A program made the position numbers and the translations under genes. DNA of 63,978 nucleotides, filler included, from Chrysochromulina tobinii (Eukaryota): NCBI GenBank assembly GCA_001275005.1. It is 11 parts of 11 records of this genome, joined end to end, with 100 filler letters (N's around TTAATTAATTAA, not from the genome) between each part and the next. Parts side by side here need not be neighbours in the genome. Positions count along the whole stretch, not along the records: positions 52,538 to 56,019 come from JWZX01000191.1; positions 56,120 to 61,258 come from JWZX01000192.1; positions 61,359 to 62,569 come from JWZX01000216.1; positions 62,670 to 63,978 come from JWZX01000226.1; 7 more parts are not named here. The stretch is one strand, 5' to 3'. The notes under the pieces were generated by a model. The model made no database searches and was not told where the DNA came from. It was given only the letters and a program-made list of their open reading frames with translations. Shown one piece after another: positions 54,831 to 63,978 of the stretch; position 1 is the stretch's first letter, and every line of letters begins with the position of its first letter.

Positions 54831-56119
54831 GGCCTTGCCCTGGTCGAGACGCTCGATGCGTGCCTCGACCGTCTCATCTGATGGCAAGGGGCTGAAGCGA
54901 CGCGCTCGCATCTGGAAGCGCCATGTGGTTGTGACCGAATGCGAAGTCGAACAGCTCTTCATCATGATCCGCCTCCTCTGCTTACGGGTCCGGTCAACCA
55001 GGTAAGGGCAGCAGCGCCGCGATGATCGTGGCAAAGAGGAATCATGAGAGCAGTCGATGCAGGCTCTGCAATGGCGAGCGAGGTAGTGGTGAGTGCGGCA
55101 AAGGGCTCGGCGGCGGCGGGCTCGGCGGCGGCATTCTTGGCGGCGGTGGGTTCAGCAGCGGCGGAGACGAAGGCAGCGGAGACGGGGGCAGCGGGGGCAC
55201 ACACAAGCAGCGCTAAGGCACCCGCAGCCTTCGGTTGTGCTAGAGCGAGTCGAGCAGCATCACAATTACTCCGGTAGATACGCGTACGACGGGCCGATGC
55301 GTGTTTTGGGAGCTTGATGTACTCGTCGCTGAGCCGCGGCCGCCCATTTATCCCCGCCACGATGTTCAGCAGCTCCGTTGGCGGTTCTATTCCTGCTTCT
55401 TGAAGTGCTCTGAGGCGCTTCCTCTGCTTAGTGCGTCTGTTGCGCAACGTCTTAGGTGCGAATTCCGTGCGCTGTTGCGGTGTCGTTGGCGCGACGATCA
55501 TGGGCGCGACGATCGTTGGCGCGTCGATTGTGCTTGGCGGTAAACACCCCGCCCAGGGTGTACCGGTAAGGTGAAGCTCGAGGGAGGGACACTTTGTGAC
55601 GCCCTGTCAGTGTACGTACAGTGAGCGATAATGATTCGATTCGCGGACCACACGACCACTACACTCAATCTCGGCGAACGGCTCCGCTCGGCTATTCTCG
55701 CCCTGTTCTCGCCTCAGCTCGGTCTTTTCGCAAGAACCGCACCCAGTGCTCCGCTCCGCTATGGGGCCTATTATGGTATGCCGTCCGTGCTACACACCTC
55801 TTAGTCTCGTCTTGACAGCCTGACCGATGGCGATGGCGGTGGTGGTGTAGGCGACGGTGGCGAGGGCGGAGGTGGCAGTGGCGCAGACGGCGACGGCGAT
55901 GGCGGCGGAGGCGACGGTGGTGGTGGCGTTGGCGGAGGAGGCGATGGCTGTGGCGACGGCGATGGCGGCGGAGGCGAGGGCGGCGGTTGCGAGGGCGGCG
56001 GTGGCGAGGGCGGCGGTGGNNNNNNNNNNNNNNNNNNNNNNNNNNNNNNNNNNNNNNNNNNNNTTAATTAATTAANNNNNNNNNNNNNNNNNNNNNNNNN
56101 NNNNNNNNNNNNNNNNNNN

Positions 56120-57098
56120 CGAGGTGGGCAGACATAGTGGCCTTGACGGCTGCGCAGGATGGTACATGTGAAGTTATGACCGTACGCACGTTTTCGTCAA
56201 TGTCCATTCCGACGAGTGCCTCAAGTACGCCCTTGACAGTTGTTGGAGCATCAAGGTCCGGTGTGTGGGGGAGCGTGACCCTTAAAATGCCGTCGAGGCT
56301 GTCTTCGGTGTCCTCGCCGTGTTGGAGTCGATTGGCGAAGTCACACAATTTGACCTTGAGGTCGGTGAAAGCGATTTGTGCCTCGTGGAGACTAATGCGG
56401 AACAGGCTCCATACCGCCGTCTCGATGGTGACGGAGGTGGTCTGAGGGCGCGAGAGTGTCCATATACGGAACTGTTCTGAGACGAAGGCAGTGGCGGTCT
56501 CGTCGATATCGACGACGATTAGAATCGCGTAGCGTTTGAAGTCTTGCACACGGGCGATGTCAATCGCGCGGCAATATGCAGCGTTGCGCTTATCGTGCGG
56601 GTTTGGCGGACTTTCACCGAGCGAGTCGCGCTGGTGGGGAGAGCCACGGTTGCGGGCGTAGCTTGATAGGCCGGCTGCCTCCGGGCGAGTGAGGCGAGGG
56701 TGCGGTTGGGGGGAACCGCGGAGGGGACGACCGCGTCCGAGAGGGAGGTGAATGAATCTATCCGCGCCTGCTCCAGCGAGAGGTGGTGTGGATCTGAGTG
56801 CGTCAGGCATAGGTGGGTGTTGTGCCAGCTCGTCGGGGTCTCCAGAAGCGACGCCTTGAATCTTGAGCAGTGCGTTGGAGAAGAGTGTCTTCATCTCATC
56901 AATCTTCGCTTCTTGTGTTTCAGTGAAGAGGCGAAGGCTGGAGCTAAGTTCAGCGAGTGACGCGTCTAGACGCGTCGTGGCCGTCGTCTTTGGCGGACTG
57001 TGCGCGGGAGTTTGATTCGAATTGCAGGGTGAGGCGTGTGTGGCCAGCCATGATCCGCCACGTGCTGGGGCACCACAAACGCATCCTCGTCGCACCAC
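56120..57098 (-). CDS. Unknown ORF, truncated by gap; possible retroelement gag-like protein
   Basis: Open frame of >300 aa with an N-terminal coiled-coil-like segment and lower GC; no diagnostic motif. Confidence 0.35.
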
Positions 57099-57561
57099 CC
57101 GACCAAATCGCTCACGTCGCTTGGGACGACATCCAACCCTTAACCTACCACGACTACGCTACGACTGCACAGTCCCTTCATCAGTTGGGAGACGTACTCT
57201 AGATTGGAGCTCTCGTACCACTGCGAGCTCGAGGGGGTGATGATACGTCTCCACCCTATTTACATGATCACCGGGGATCCCCATGCCCCGCTTCGCGCTA
57301 CTCGAGCGGTATACACACCCCGGGGCGATACACACACCCCGGATATGAAACCACCGTAGTTGCATGAAACCACCGCGCTTTCTAGCCGGCGGGCACCTAG
57401 AGGGGTACGTGGCGTTTGAGATACAGTGGCCACGAGAGTGACCCGATAGATCCGTCGCCGTCGGCTCTGCCTGACAACCAACCAGTGCTCGTACTCAGTT
57501 ATAACCATGCTCTATAAGCCCTCCATACTCAAGCTCATCAGCGGGGCTGCTGCCTGCTCAG

Positions 57562-58045
57562 GTGATGATGCGACCTTGCAAGAAGCTCCGCTACCACGGG
57601 GGCAAGACGGTGCCCGTGTTCCTGTTTGATGGCACGATCTTAACTCCGGTGCGGGAGCTGCTGCGCCTGTTTTGCGTCGACCGCGTGCCCCGTGAGGCTT
57701 ACGCCACGACGCCTCTGTTCCGGCGATCGTCTGGGGCGTCCTTTACCACAGACTACGTGCGCGAGGTCGTTCGGTTCCTTATGCGCTCTGTTGGGCTTCC
57801 CCCGGGCATGTACGAAGGGCACAGTCTACGCATCGGGGGGCGTCCGCCGCGCTGGCGGCGAACGTCTCGGAGGCCATTATCCGAGCCATGGGTCGATGGG
57901 ACTCGGACGTTTTTGAGCTGTCTACCTGCGGGGTTCGCTTTCGTGCGCCCGCCAGATGGGCTCGGTTATCGCCTCAACTTCCTACGAGGACTTCGAGGCA
58001 ATGTTTAAGGCGATGTTCGACCACGAAGAGTTTGTTCGCTACTAA
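57562..58045 (+). pseudogene. Tyrosine recombinase C-terminal fragment (DIRS/Ngaro- or Crypton-type), frameshifted
   Basis: TPLFRR...GHSLRIGG, then after a shift SAALAANVSEAIIRAMGRWDSD: the HSLRxG and GRWxS motifs of eukaryotic mobile-element YRs. Confidence 0.85.
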
Positions 58046-58295
58046 TGGTCTTCAATGATCATGGCGGACTATTTCTCGGCGCTGCAGCTCTTCCAATGTG
58101 CTCTTCAGCGTTGGGGTCTCTTCGCACACACTGACTCGAGCTTGGTCAGCTCGCGGCAGGTCTGCGGGCTTCCGAGGGCAGCTATGGCGTGTGTACCCAT
58201 CCGTGTTCAGGGTCGCCGCGCCGTAGCAGTCCTAAGAGGCAAACCGTCTAATCTATTCACACCGGAGTCGAGACGCTGGACCTCCTGTATACGCG

Positions 58296-58889
58296 ATGCC
58301 GAACGCCAATGACTGGACGGCCCTCGGCGCACGCGTGCTTGTGCGGCATCCTCGATGGTTAGCGCTAGGCGCGCGGACGCTTTGCGGCCGCCAGGCCACA
58401 TCGGGTAGCGTGCTGACGCACATTGATCAGTCGGGCAAGGCGGCGATGGTGGACGTCTCCACAAAGCGAGACACGCAGCGGACTGCTGTTGCTGGCGCGT
58501 CAGTGCACCTTGGTCGGGATGCGTACGCGGCGCTCACGGCTGGCACCAACGCCAAGGGCGACGTGCTCGCTACAGCCCGTCTTGCTGGCATCATGGCGGC
58601 GAAGCGCACCGCGGATCTCATCCCTCTGTGCCACCCGGTCGCACTCACTCACATCGCCATCGAGGTGCAAATGCGGCCCGAGGCGCACGCGCTGGACATT
58701 CAGGCGAGCGCGACCTGCACAGCGCCCACCGGCGTCGAGATGGAGGCGCTCACGGCGGCGAGCGTCGCCGCGCTCACTGTGTACGACATGTGCAAGGCTG
58801 CGCACAAGGGGATCCGCATCACAGACATTCGGTTGCTGAGCAAGACGGGCGGCAAGTCAGGGGTGTGGATGGCGGACGATGGCAAGTAA
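58296..58889 (+). CDS. moaC: Cyclic pyranopterin monophosphate synthase (MoaC/CNX3/MOCS1B) with probable transit peptide
   Basis: LTHIDQSGKAAMVDVS, KGDVLATARLAGIMAAKRTADLIPLCHP, TGVEMEALTA, VYDMCKA, KTGGKSG. Confidence 0.97.
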   Translation: MPNANDWTALGARVLVRHPRWLALGARTLCGRQATSGSVLTHIDQSGKAAMVDVSTKRDTQRTAVAGASVHLGRDAYAALTAGTNAKGDVLATARLAGIMAAKRTADLIPLCHPVALTHIAIEVQMRPEAHALDIQASATCTAPTGVEMEALTAASVAALTVYDMCKAAHKGIRITDIRLLSKTGGKSGVWMADDGK

Positions 58890-59582
58890 GAGCGACGCTC
58901 AAGAGCTCTTCGCGCATTTGAGGCTTCCTGTCTATCTGATTGGATTTCGTTAAGGGTTGCCTTCAGACTGAGACTCCGCGCCACGCGCTTGTAGTACTCC
59001 AGTCGCCAGTCCCTCTCTCGCCGCCCTGGACGCCGTGGCGGGAAACGTTCAAGTTGAAGCGGAACGCCCCGAGCTCGCCGACCCGCCGCCGCGCCCCTAC
59101 CGCGCCCCCGAACCCCAGCGGTTCGGCTACCCGATACACGTGGGCCGCGCGGCCCCCGCCGCGGGTAACAGGTGAGCGGCTGAGCGCTCAGGTCCCGATA
59201 CCGCCGACCGTACGATAGGTAACTTTTAGTGTACGCCCCGTTTATACGCGACGACGCTCCGCGACGGCTAATCCGGCACGTACGCCGCGCGAAACACGAT
59301 GCCCCAATCGGCGCTCGATCGCAAATCGGGCGTAACCGGCTAACCGCAAACCGGCGCGGTCTATGTGCTGGTATAATACATGTCGCACGCCCCAGGACCG
59401 TACCCGGGGAGTACCAGGGGAGGGGAGATCGCGGCCTGCCCGTCACGCGCAGACCCGCAACGCGCCTGGCCGGGTGATCTTCTTCGCGTGGCCGGGTGCA
59501 GGTGGACCCGACCGACCGCACAACACAGCTCACCCCCTTCACCGGCCTGGACTCCTCATCCGGCATGTCGGGTCCCGCTCTC

Positions 59583-60533
59583 TCACTCAACGCCAACCGT
59601 GCTGTCAACGATTGAGCCACCCGGCCGCATCGTGCCCGGCAGCATGATCGCGCGCCGGGTGGTCTTCCCATCGACCAAGTCGAGAAACGTAAGCAGGCGC
59701 TCGTTGTACTCGGCACGCTGATCGACATGTGCCATCGCGCCGCTCCCGACGAATGTGGCAAGCCGCGCACCCGCGACTGCCTGCAGGATTGTCAGCGCCG
59801 TTGCCTCGCTCGACACATCCCCCGAGCCTCGAGTGAGCAACAGCGGTGGCGGCGGCGCGCTCGTCGTCGCGAGCGCTCGTAGCAACTCCTCGAAAGGAGG
59901 CAGCCCGCGATCACGGAGCACGGCCGCTGCGGCAGGGGTGTGCGCGCGCGCCAGTTCCGCCTCCACGCATGAGCGAGCCGTCGTCGTCGCCGCCGTCTGG
60001 AGCAGCGGCAGCAGCGACGCCTCCAGTGCCTCGCGTGCGGCCGGAACAGCTGACTCGATCGTCGCGAGCGGAGAGGCAAGGATGAGGCTCTTGACGCGGG
60101 TCGGCTCCAGAGCCTGCAGCAGCAGGGCGGCCGCTGCGCCCGTGCCGTGACCCAGCACGTGCACGCGCGGGGCCTCGAGCGAACGCAGCGCTGCGGTCGC
60201 CTGCCGGCCGATGGCTTCAGCCGATGTGGGTGAGCGCAAGGTGACAAAGGCGACGCGGCGCTCGCTGATAGTGAGGGCTTCGAGGGTTTCGAGGTATTCG
60301 TACGTGAGTCCCGGCGATGGGATACATAGCAGCGGGCTGAGGCCCTTGGCCTTCTCCTGTCCGAAGTCTCCAACGACTCTTACGTCGGCTCCATCGGCAC
60401 CAAACTGAAACCAGGGCAGCGAATACGCGTATGGCGGGTAAGGCGCACCGCACCAGGCCTGCGCTATGCGGGGCTGCATGAGCGCGGATGCTAGTGACGC
60501 GGCAATAGCCACACGGCGGCCCTGCGCGACCAT
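59583..60533 (-). CDS. Alpha/beta hydrolase-fold protein (proline iminopeptidase-like) with RR...AQA leader
   Basis: PGLTYEYLETL, RVHVLGHGTG, RVKSLILASP, LLLTRGSGD, GAMAHVDQ; leader GRRVAIAASLASALMQPRIAQA. Confidence 0.8.
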   Translation of the reverse strand: MVAQGRRVAIAASLASALMQPRIAQAWCGAPYPPYAYSLPWFQFGADGADVRVVGDFGQEKAKGLSPLLCIPSPGLTYEYLETLEALTISERRVAFVTLRSPTSAEAIGRQATAALRSLEAPRVHVLGHGTGAAAALLLQALEPTRVKSLILASPLATIESAVPAAREALEASLLPLLQTAATTTARSCVEAELARAHTPAAAAVLRDRGLPPFEELLRALATTSAPPPPLLLTRGSGDVSSEATALTILQAVAGARLATFVGSGAMAHVDQRAEYNERLLTFLDLVDGKTTRRAIMLPGTMRPGGSIVDSTVGVE

Positions 60534-60990
60534 GTAGCCTGGGAAAGGCGAAAGGGAGCAGGTTCACATCGCGAAACCAAAACCCCGAGAAAAAAACTAC
60601 GGGAGGGGACAAGTCAAGTCAAGTCAAGTCAAGGGGACAGGGGCAGCCATGGTGTTCATGTGCATGTGTTCATGTGTTTGGTGTCAGTGTGATGTCTAAC
60701 TCACGGGGATCACACAGAACTTCACAAAAGCGGTACCGGTAGGAGCCGGTTCATTCAAAACACCGGGGCCACATTCACTAAAACACACCTTAACATGTTT
60801 AGAGTGCTACCGCTGGCTTCCCCACCCCCGTTTGTCGTTTCTCGTTTCGGTGGTGAGGTTAGTGAGGAGCTCTTACTTCAGACACAATGCGGGGAAGTTG
60901 AATTTTTATTACCGAACAAGAAAAAACTGTTAACAAAAGAGCCCAGAAAAAAGAGTAAAAACATATCTTTTTCAATGGTGCGAGAAGAAA

Positions 60991-61195
60991 ACATGGCTGA
61001 CTGCTCTTCAATCTTTCGCGCTTGGCGGCATTGCGGGCTCCATTGCCGAGATGACAACGATGCCAATTGTGGTAGTGCGAACACGGTTGATGGTGCAGGG
61101 AGCATCAGCAACGGACGATACGCAGTACCGTGGCTTCTTCGATGCATGCCAGACGATGCTGCGCAGCGAGGGCATTGGCACCTTTTACAAAGGCG
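60991..61195 (+). pseudogene. Mitochondrial carrier (SLC25) first-repeat fragment
   Basis: FALGGIAGSIAEMTTMPIVVVRTRLMVQ...YRGFFDACQTMLRSEGIGTFYKG. The nearest upstream ATGs are out of frame and the acidic residue of Px[DE]xx[KR] is missing. It could instead be an exon of a gene cut by the gap. Confidence 0.65.
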
Positions 61196-61358
61196 ATGGG
61201 CTCTTTGAACGCAGACACCTGGCCCGGGGGGTTGGGCAGGGAGGACGTAGGACGATAANNNNNNNNNNNNNNNNNNNNNNNNNNNNNNNNNNNNNNNNNN
61301 NNTTAATTAATTAANNNNNNNNNNNNNNNNNNNNNNNNNNNNNNNNNNNNNNNNNNNN

Positions 61359-62485
61359 GGGGAGGGTAGCCGACGCGCTTTTCTGGAACGTGTCCATCTG
61401 CTCCTCCAGCGCGCGCAGGAACGGCAGCAGCACGTTCTTGACCGCCGAGGCCACGCCCGAGTTACCGTAACCGCGAGCCATCGCCGCGTTCACGAGGTCG
61501 AAGGTCTGACGCACCGTCTCGTCCCACGGGTGGAGCGCCGCGTACGACATCATGAGGAAGGGCATCGTCATCGCGAGTTGGCGCCCGACGGCTACCGCAG
61601 CAGCGTCTCCGGTCGGCTTCGGCGACGCCGCAGCCTGGGACAGCCACTCGATCTTTGCCCCGGCGTCCGCGACGATCTTGAGGGACAAGTTGTGCTGCCC
61701 GTTTGAGCATCCGTGCAGGCGCCCCGCCTGGACGGCTTTAAGCAGCGAATCGACCTCGGCGTGGGGCGGCACTGTGCCGAGGGACTCGGCCAGCGCACGC
61801 ATCGCCTGGCGCGCCCCCGACACGACATCTCGGACCGCCCCCTCTAGCTCTATCGCGCGCGGCGACATGGCGAACGCACCTTGCGGGCGCCGATGGAACG
61901 CTGACGCGAGGACCGGCGCGAGCTTCGCGTTGCGCTCGACCTCGCGCTTGAACGCGGCCAGCTTGTCGGCATCCTTCGTCTCCGACAGCATGACACGCTG
62001 CAGGTCGAAGATGGCGTTCTTCACCGGCGCGTCGTCGTACGCCGCCTGCAGGCGAGACTCGGACGCAGACGTCTCCTCGCCGGTCTTGCCGTCGTGCTGG
62101 CGTCCCATGCCCGACGCGGCTGCGGCGGCTAGGCCGGCTATCGACGCGATGCTCGCCTCTTGGGTGGGCGCCTCCCCGTCTCGGCCGTGCGAGGCGAATG
62201 CCGGTGGCACGTGGGCCGTGAGCGGCGCCCGGGTCCACCCGAGGACGCGGTTCTTGACCTGGCGCAGCCCATCGTCGGGCATGTTGAGCTCGCACACGTC
62301 CATGCCGTTGCCGAGCCTGTCCGCGAGGATGAGCTCGAGAACGCCGACGCCGTCTTCCGGGGAGTCGTCGATGGCCATCGCCGCCTGCGTCATCGGCCCG
62401 TTAAGCGACGCTGCGAGCTTCCAGAAGATCTCGGGCTTGAGCTCCGAGTCCGCGACGCGCGCGAAGAGGGCCTTGACGTACGCAC
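61359..62485 (-). CDS. Unknown ORF, truncated; possibly retroelement-derived
   Basis: Open frame of ~375 aa with strong coding-like GC3; the 5' side abuts an AT-rich ATAGCT-repeat segment (62486-62569). Confidence 0.4.
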
Positions 62486-62670
62486 TATGGCGAAACATAG
62501 CTATTCTATAGCTATAAAAGATAGACATGGGCTATCTGAGCTATCTGAGGCACGAAATAGCTGCTACGTNNNNNNNNNNNNNNNNNNNNNNNNNNNNNNN
62601 NNNNNNNNNNNNNTTAATTAATTAANNNNNNNNNNNNNNNNNNNNNNNNNNNNNNNNNNNNNNNNNNNNC

Positions 62671-63978
62671 GTAGTCGCCTGCGCTGGAATCGCCCTCGTC
62701 GGTGTTCTCCTGGCCGTAGCCGCATCTCGGCGCTACATGCCCACGCCTCGCCGCCTCGCCACCATCCTGGTCGTCGCGGGGGCCCAGACCGGACACGCCC
62801 TCGCCCCTCCGACCCAAGCTGCGCCACCGAATAGTGCTCGTCACCTGGGCCCGACGTCGCTAGCCACTGCCGCCGCCATCGGTGCTGTGGCTGGTTCCCT
62901 GCTCAACCAGAACCTCGAGGCGGAGCCGTGCTTCACCTTCTCGTGTATCGACACCTCCCTCATGCCGGCGGAATTTGCCTTCCTCGGCGATAGGATCGCA
63001 TCTGGCTTGATGACCCCGATGCAAGGTCACCACGATGGAGTCGCAGAGATGCTCATCGACAGCGGCGCCACTAGCCATATGGTGGACAACGCGCATAAGC
63101 TCTCTCGCATCACGGTCACCAATCCACGCGGGCGCGATGTTCGTGTTGCTAACGGTCACGTTATTCGTGCTACGCACGTGGGTGAGATGGACGTCACCGT
63201 GAACGCCCGCTACCGACGCAAGACGAACAAGCACGAGAACTGCGCGACTGTGATGACCCTCACCGATGTGCTCGTGGTGCCCGGGCTCAACACAGACCTG
63301 TTCTCTTGCAACGCTGCATTCGAGCGCGATGGCATCCGGTCGTACTTTAACGATGAACGTCACCTCGTCCTACCCGACGGAGGCAAGGTTACTTTTGTCG
63401 AAGGTGGACACCGACGCAAAAGCCTCATCCAGTACCACCAGACGCGTGCCGATGCCTACCTGGCCGCCTCGACGACTGCTTCGGCGAACGACATGGTCCA
63501 CAACATGCTGGCACACTTCTCGCCCGACAGAATTGCAATGGCTCGGGCGCGTATGAAGACTAGTTCATCCCGATCGCTGCAGGACGATGCACACGAGATG
63601 CCCGGGACTTACGAGCTCAAGCACGCTTCGCAAGGCTGCGTACCATGTGGGCTTGGCGGGGCGCACAAGCCAAGCATCTCGCATGCCCGGCCGCGCCAAA
63701 ATGCTGCCATTGGAGCCTTCGGCGACTCTGTTCACGTCGACCTCTGTGGACCATACCCGGCCTCAGTGCATACAGGATTCAAATACGTCATCGGATTCGC
63801 AGACCGAGCTACTCGAGAAGTACACATCTACTTCCTCGTCAACAAGACAGCCGAAGAAGTCCGTCACGCTATCGAAACCTTTGTATCAGACAACGGGCGT
63901 GTAAAGCAGTTTGTCTTCGACAACGGGGGTGAATTTACGGCAGGAACTGTCGAGCAGCTACTCAACGAGATGATGACT
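62671..63978 (+). mobile_element. Second Ty1/Copia pol fragment (protease, pre-integrase, integrase), open at both ends; absent from the ORF track
   Basis: Stop-free frame from 62671: LIDSGATSHMV, VRVANG, DVLVVPGL..DLFS, HNMLAH...CVPC, VHVDLCGP, FADRATR, FDNGGEF. Confidence 0.92.

Noticed and set aside
54962..56019. ORF 54962-55501 and Pro-rich stretches
   Set aside because: Low-complexity fragments without a coherent gene model.

Overview
GC-rich eukaryotic nuclear DNA, inferred to be from a haptophyte-like microalga (GC-AG donor, Pro-rich surface proteins, repeat-filled introns). The window is 11 contigs joined by ten artificial 100-nt N-TTAATTAATTAA-N spacers, so nothing can be inferred across the gaps. 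Host genes: DYRK-type and STE20-type kinases, a DUF2256 protein, EF-hand proteins, an SGNH hydrolase, a HAD-like/UIM protein, TRAPPC12, a six-TM2-repeat membrane protein, TPS/TPP, an ODF3/STPG-repeat protein, a WW protein, a beta-lactamase-fold protein, an 8-exon GH2-pectin acetylesterase fusion, MoaC and an alpha/beta hydrolase. Mobile DNA: a Helitron-like ORF plus a decayed paralog carrying PPR remnants, two Copia elements, a CRE-like RT fragment, DIRS/Ngaro pieces and MITE-like repeats. The strongest signal is intron architecture. Many introns are patchworks of 10-11-nt CTGAT/GATTGC tandem units and near-exact copies of their own flanking exons. Three of them share a 3' cassette at the same NN|GTAY phase-2 position, which suggests an introner-like or templated-repair mode of intron gain. 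Both Copia polyproteins also carry hydrophobic segments just before the protease. All family assignments come from motif recognition by eye; no database searches were run.
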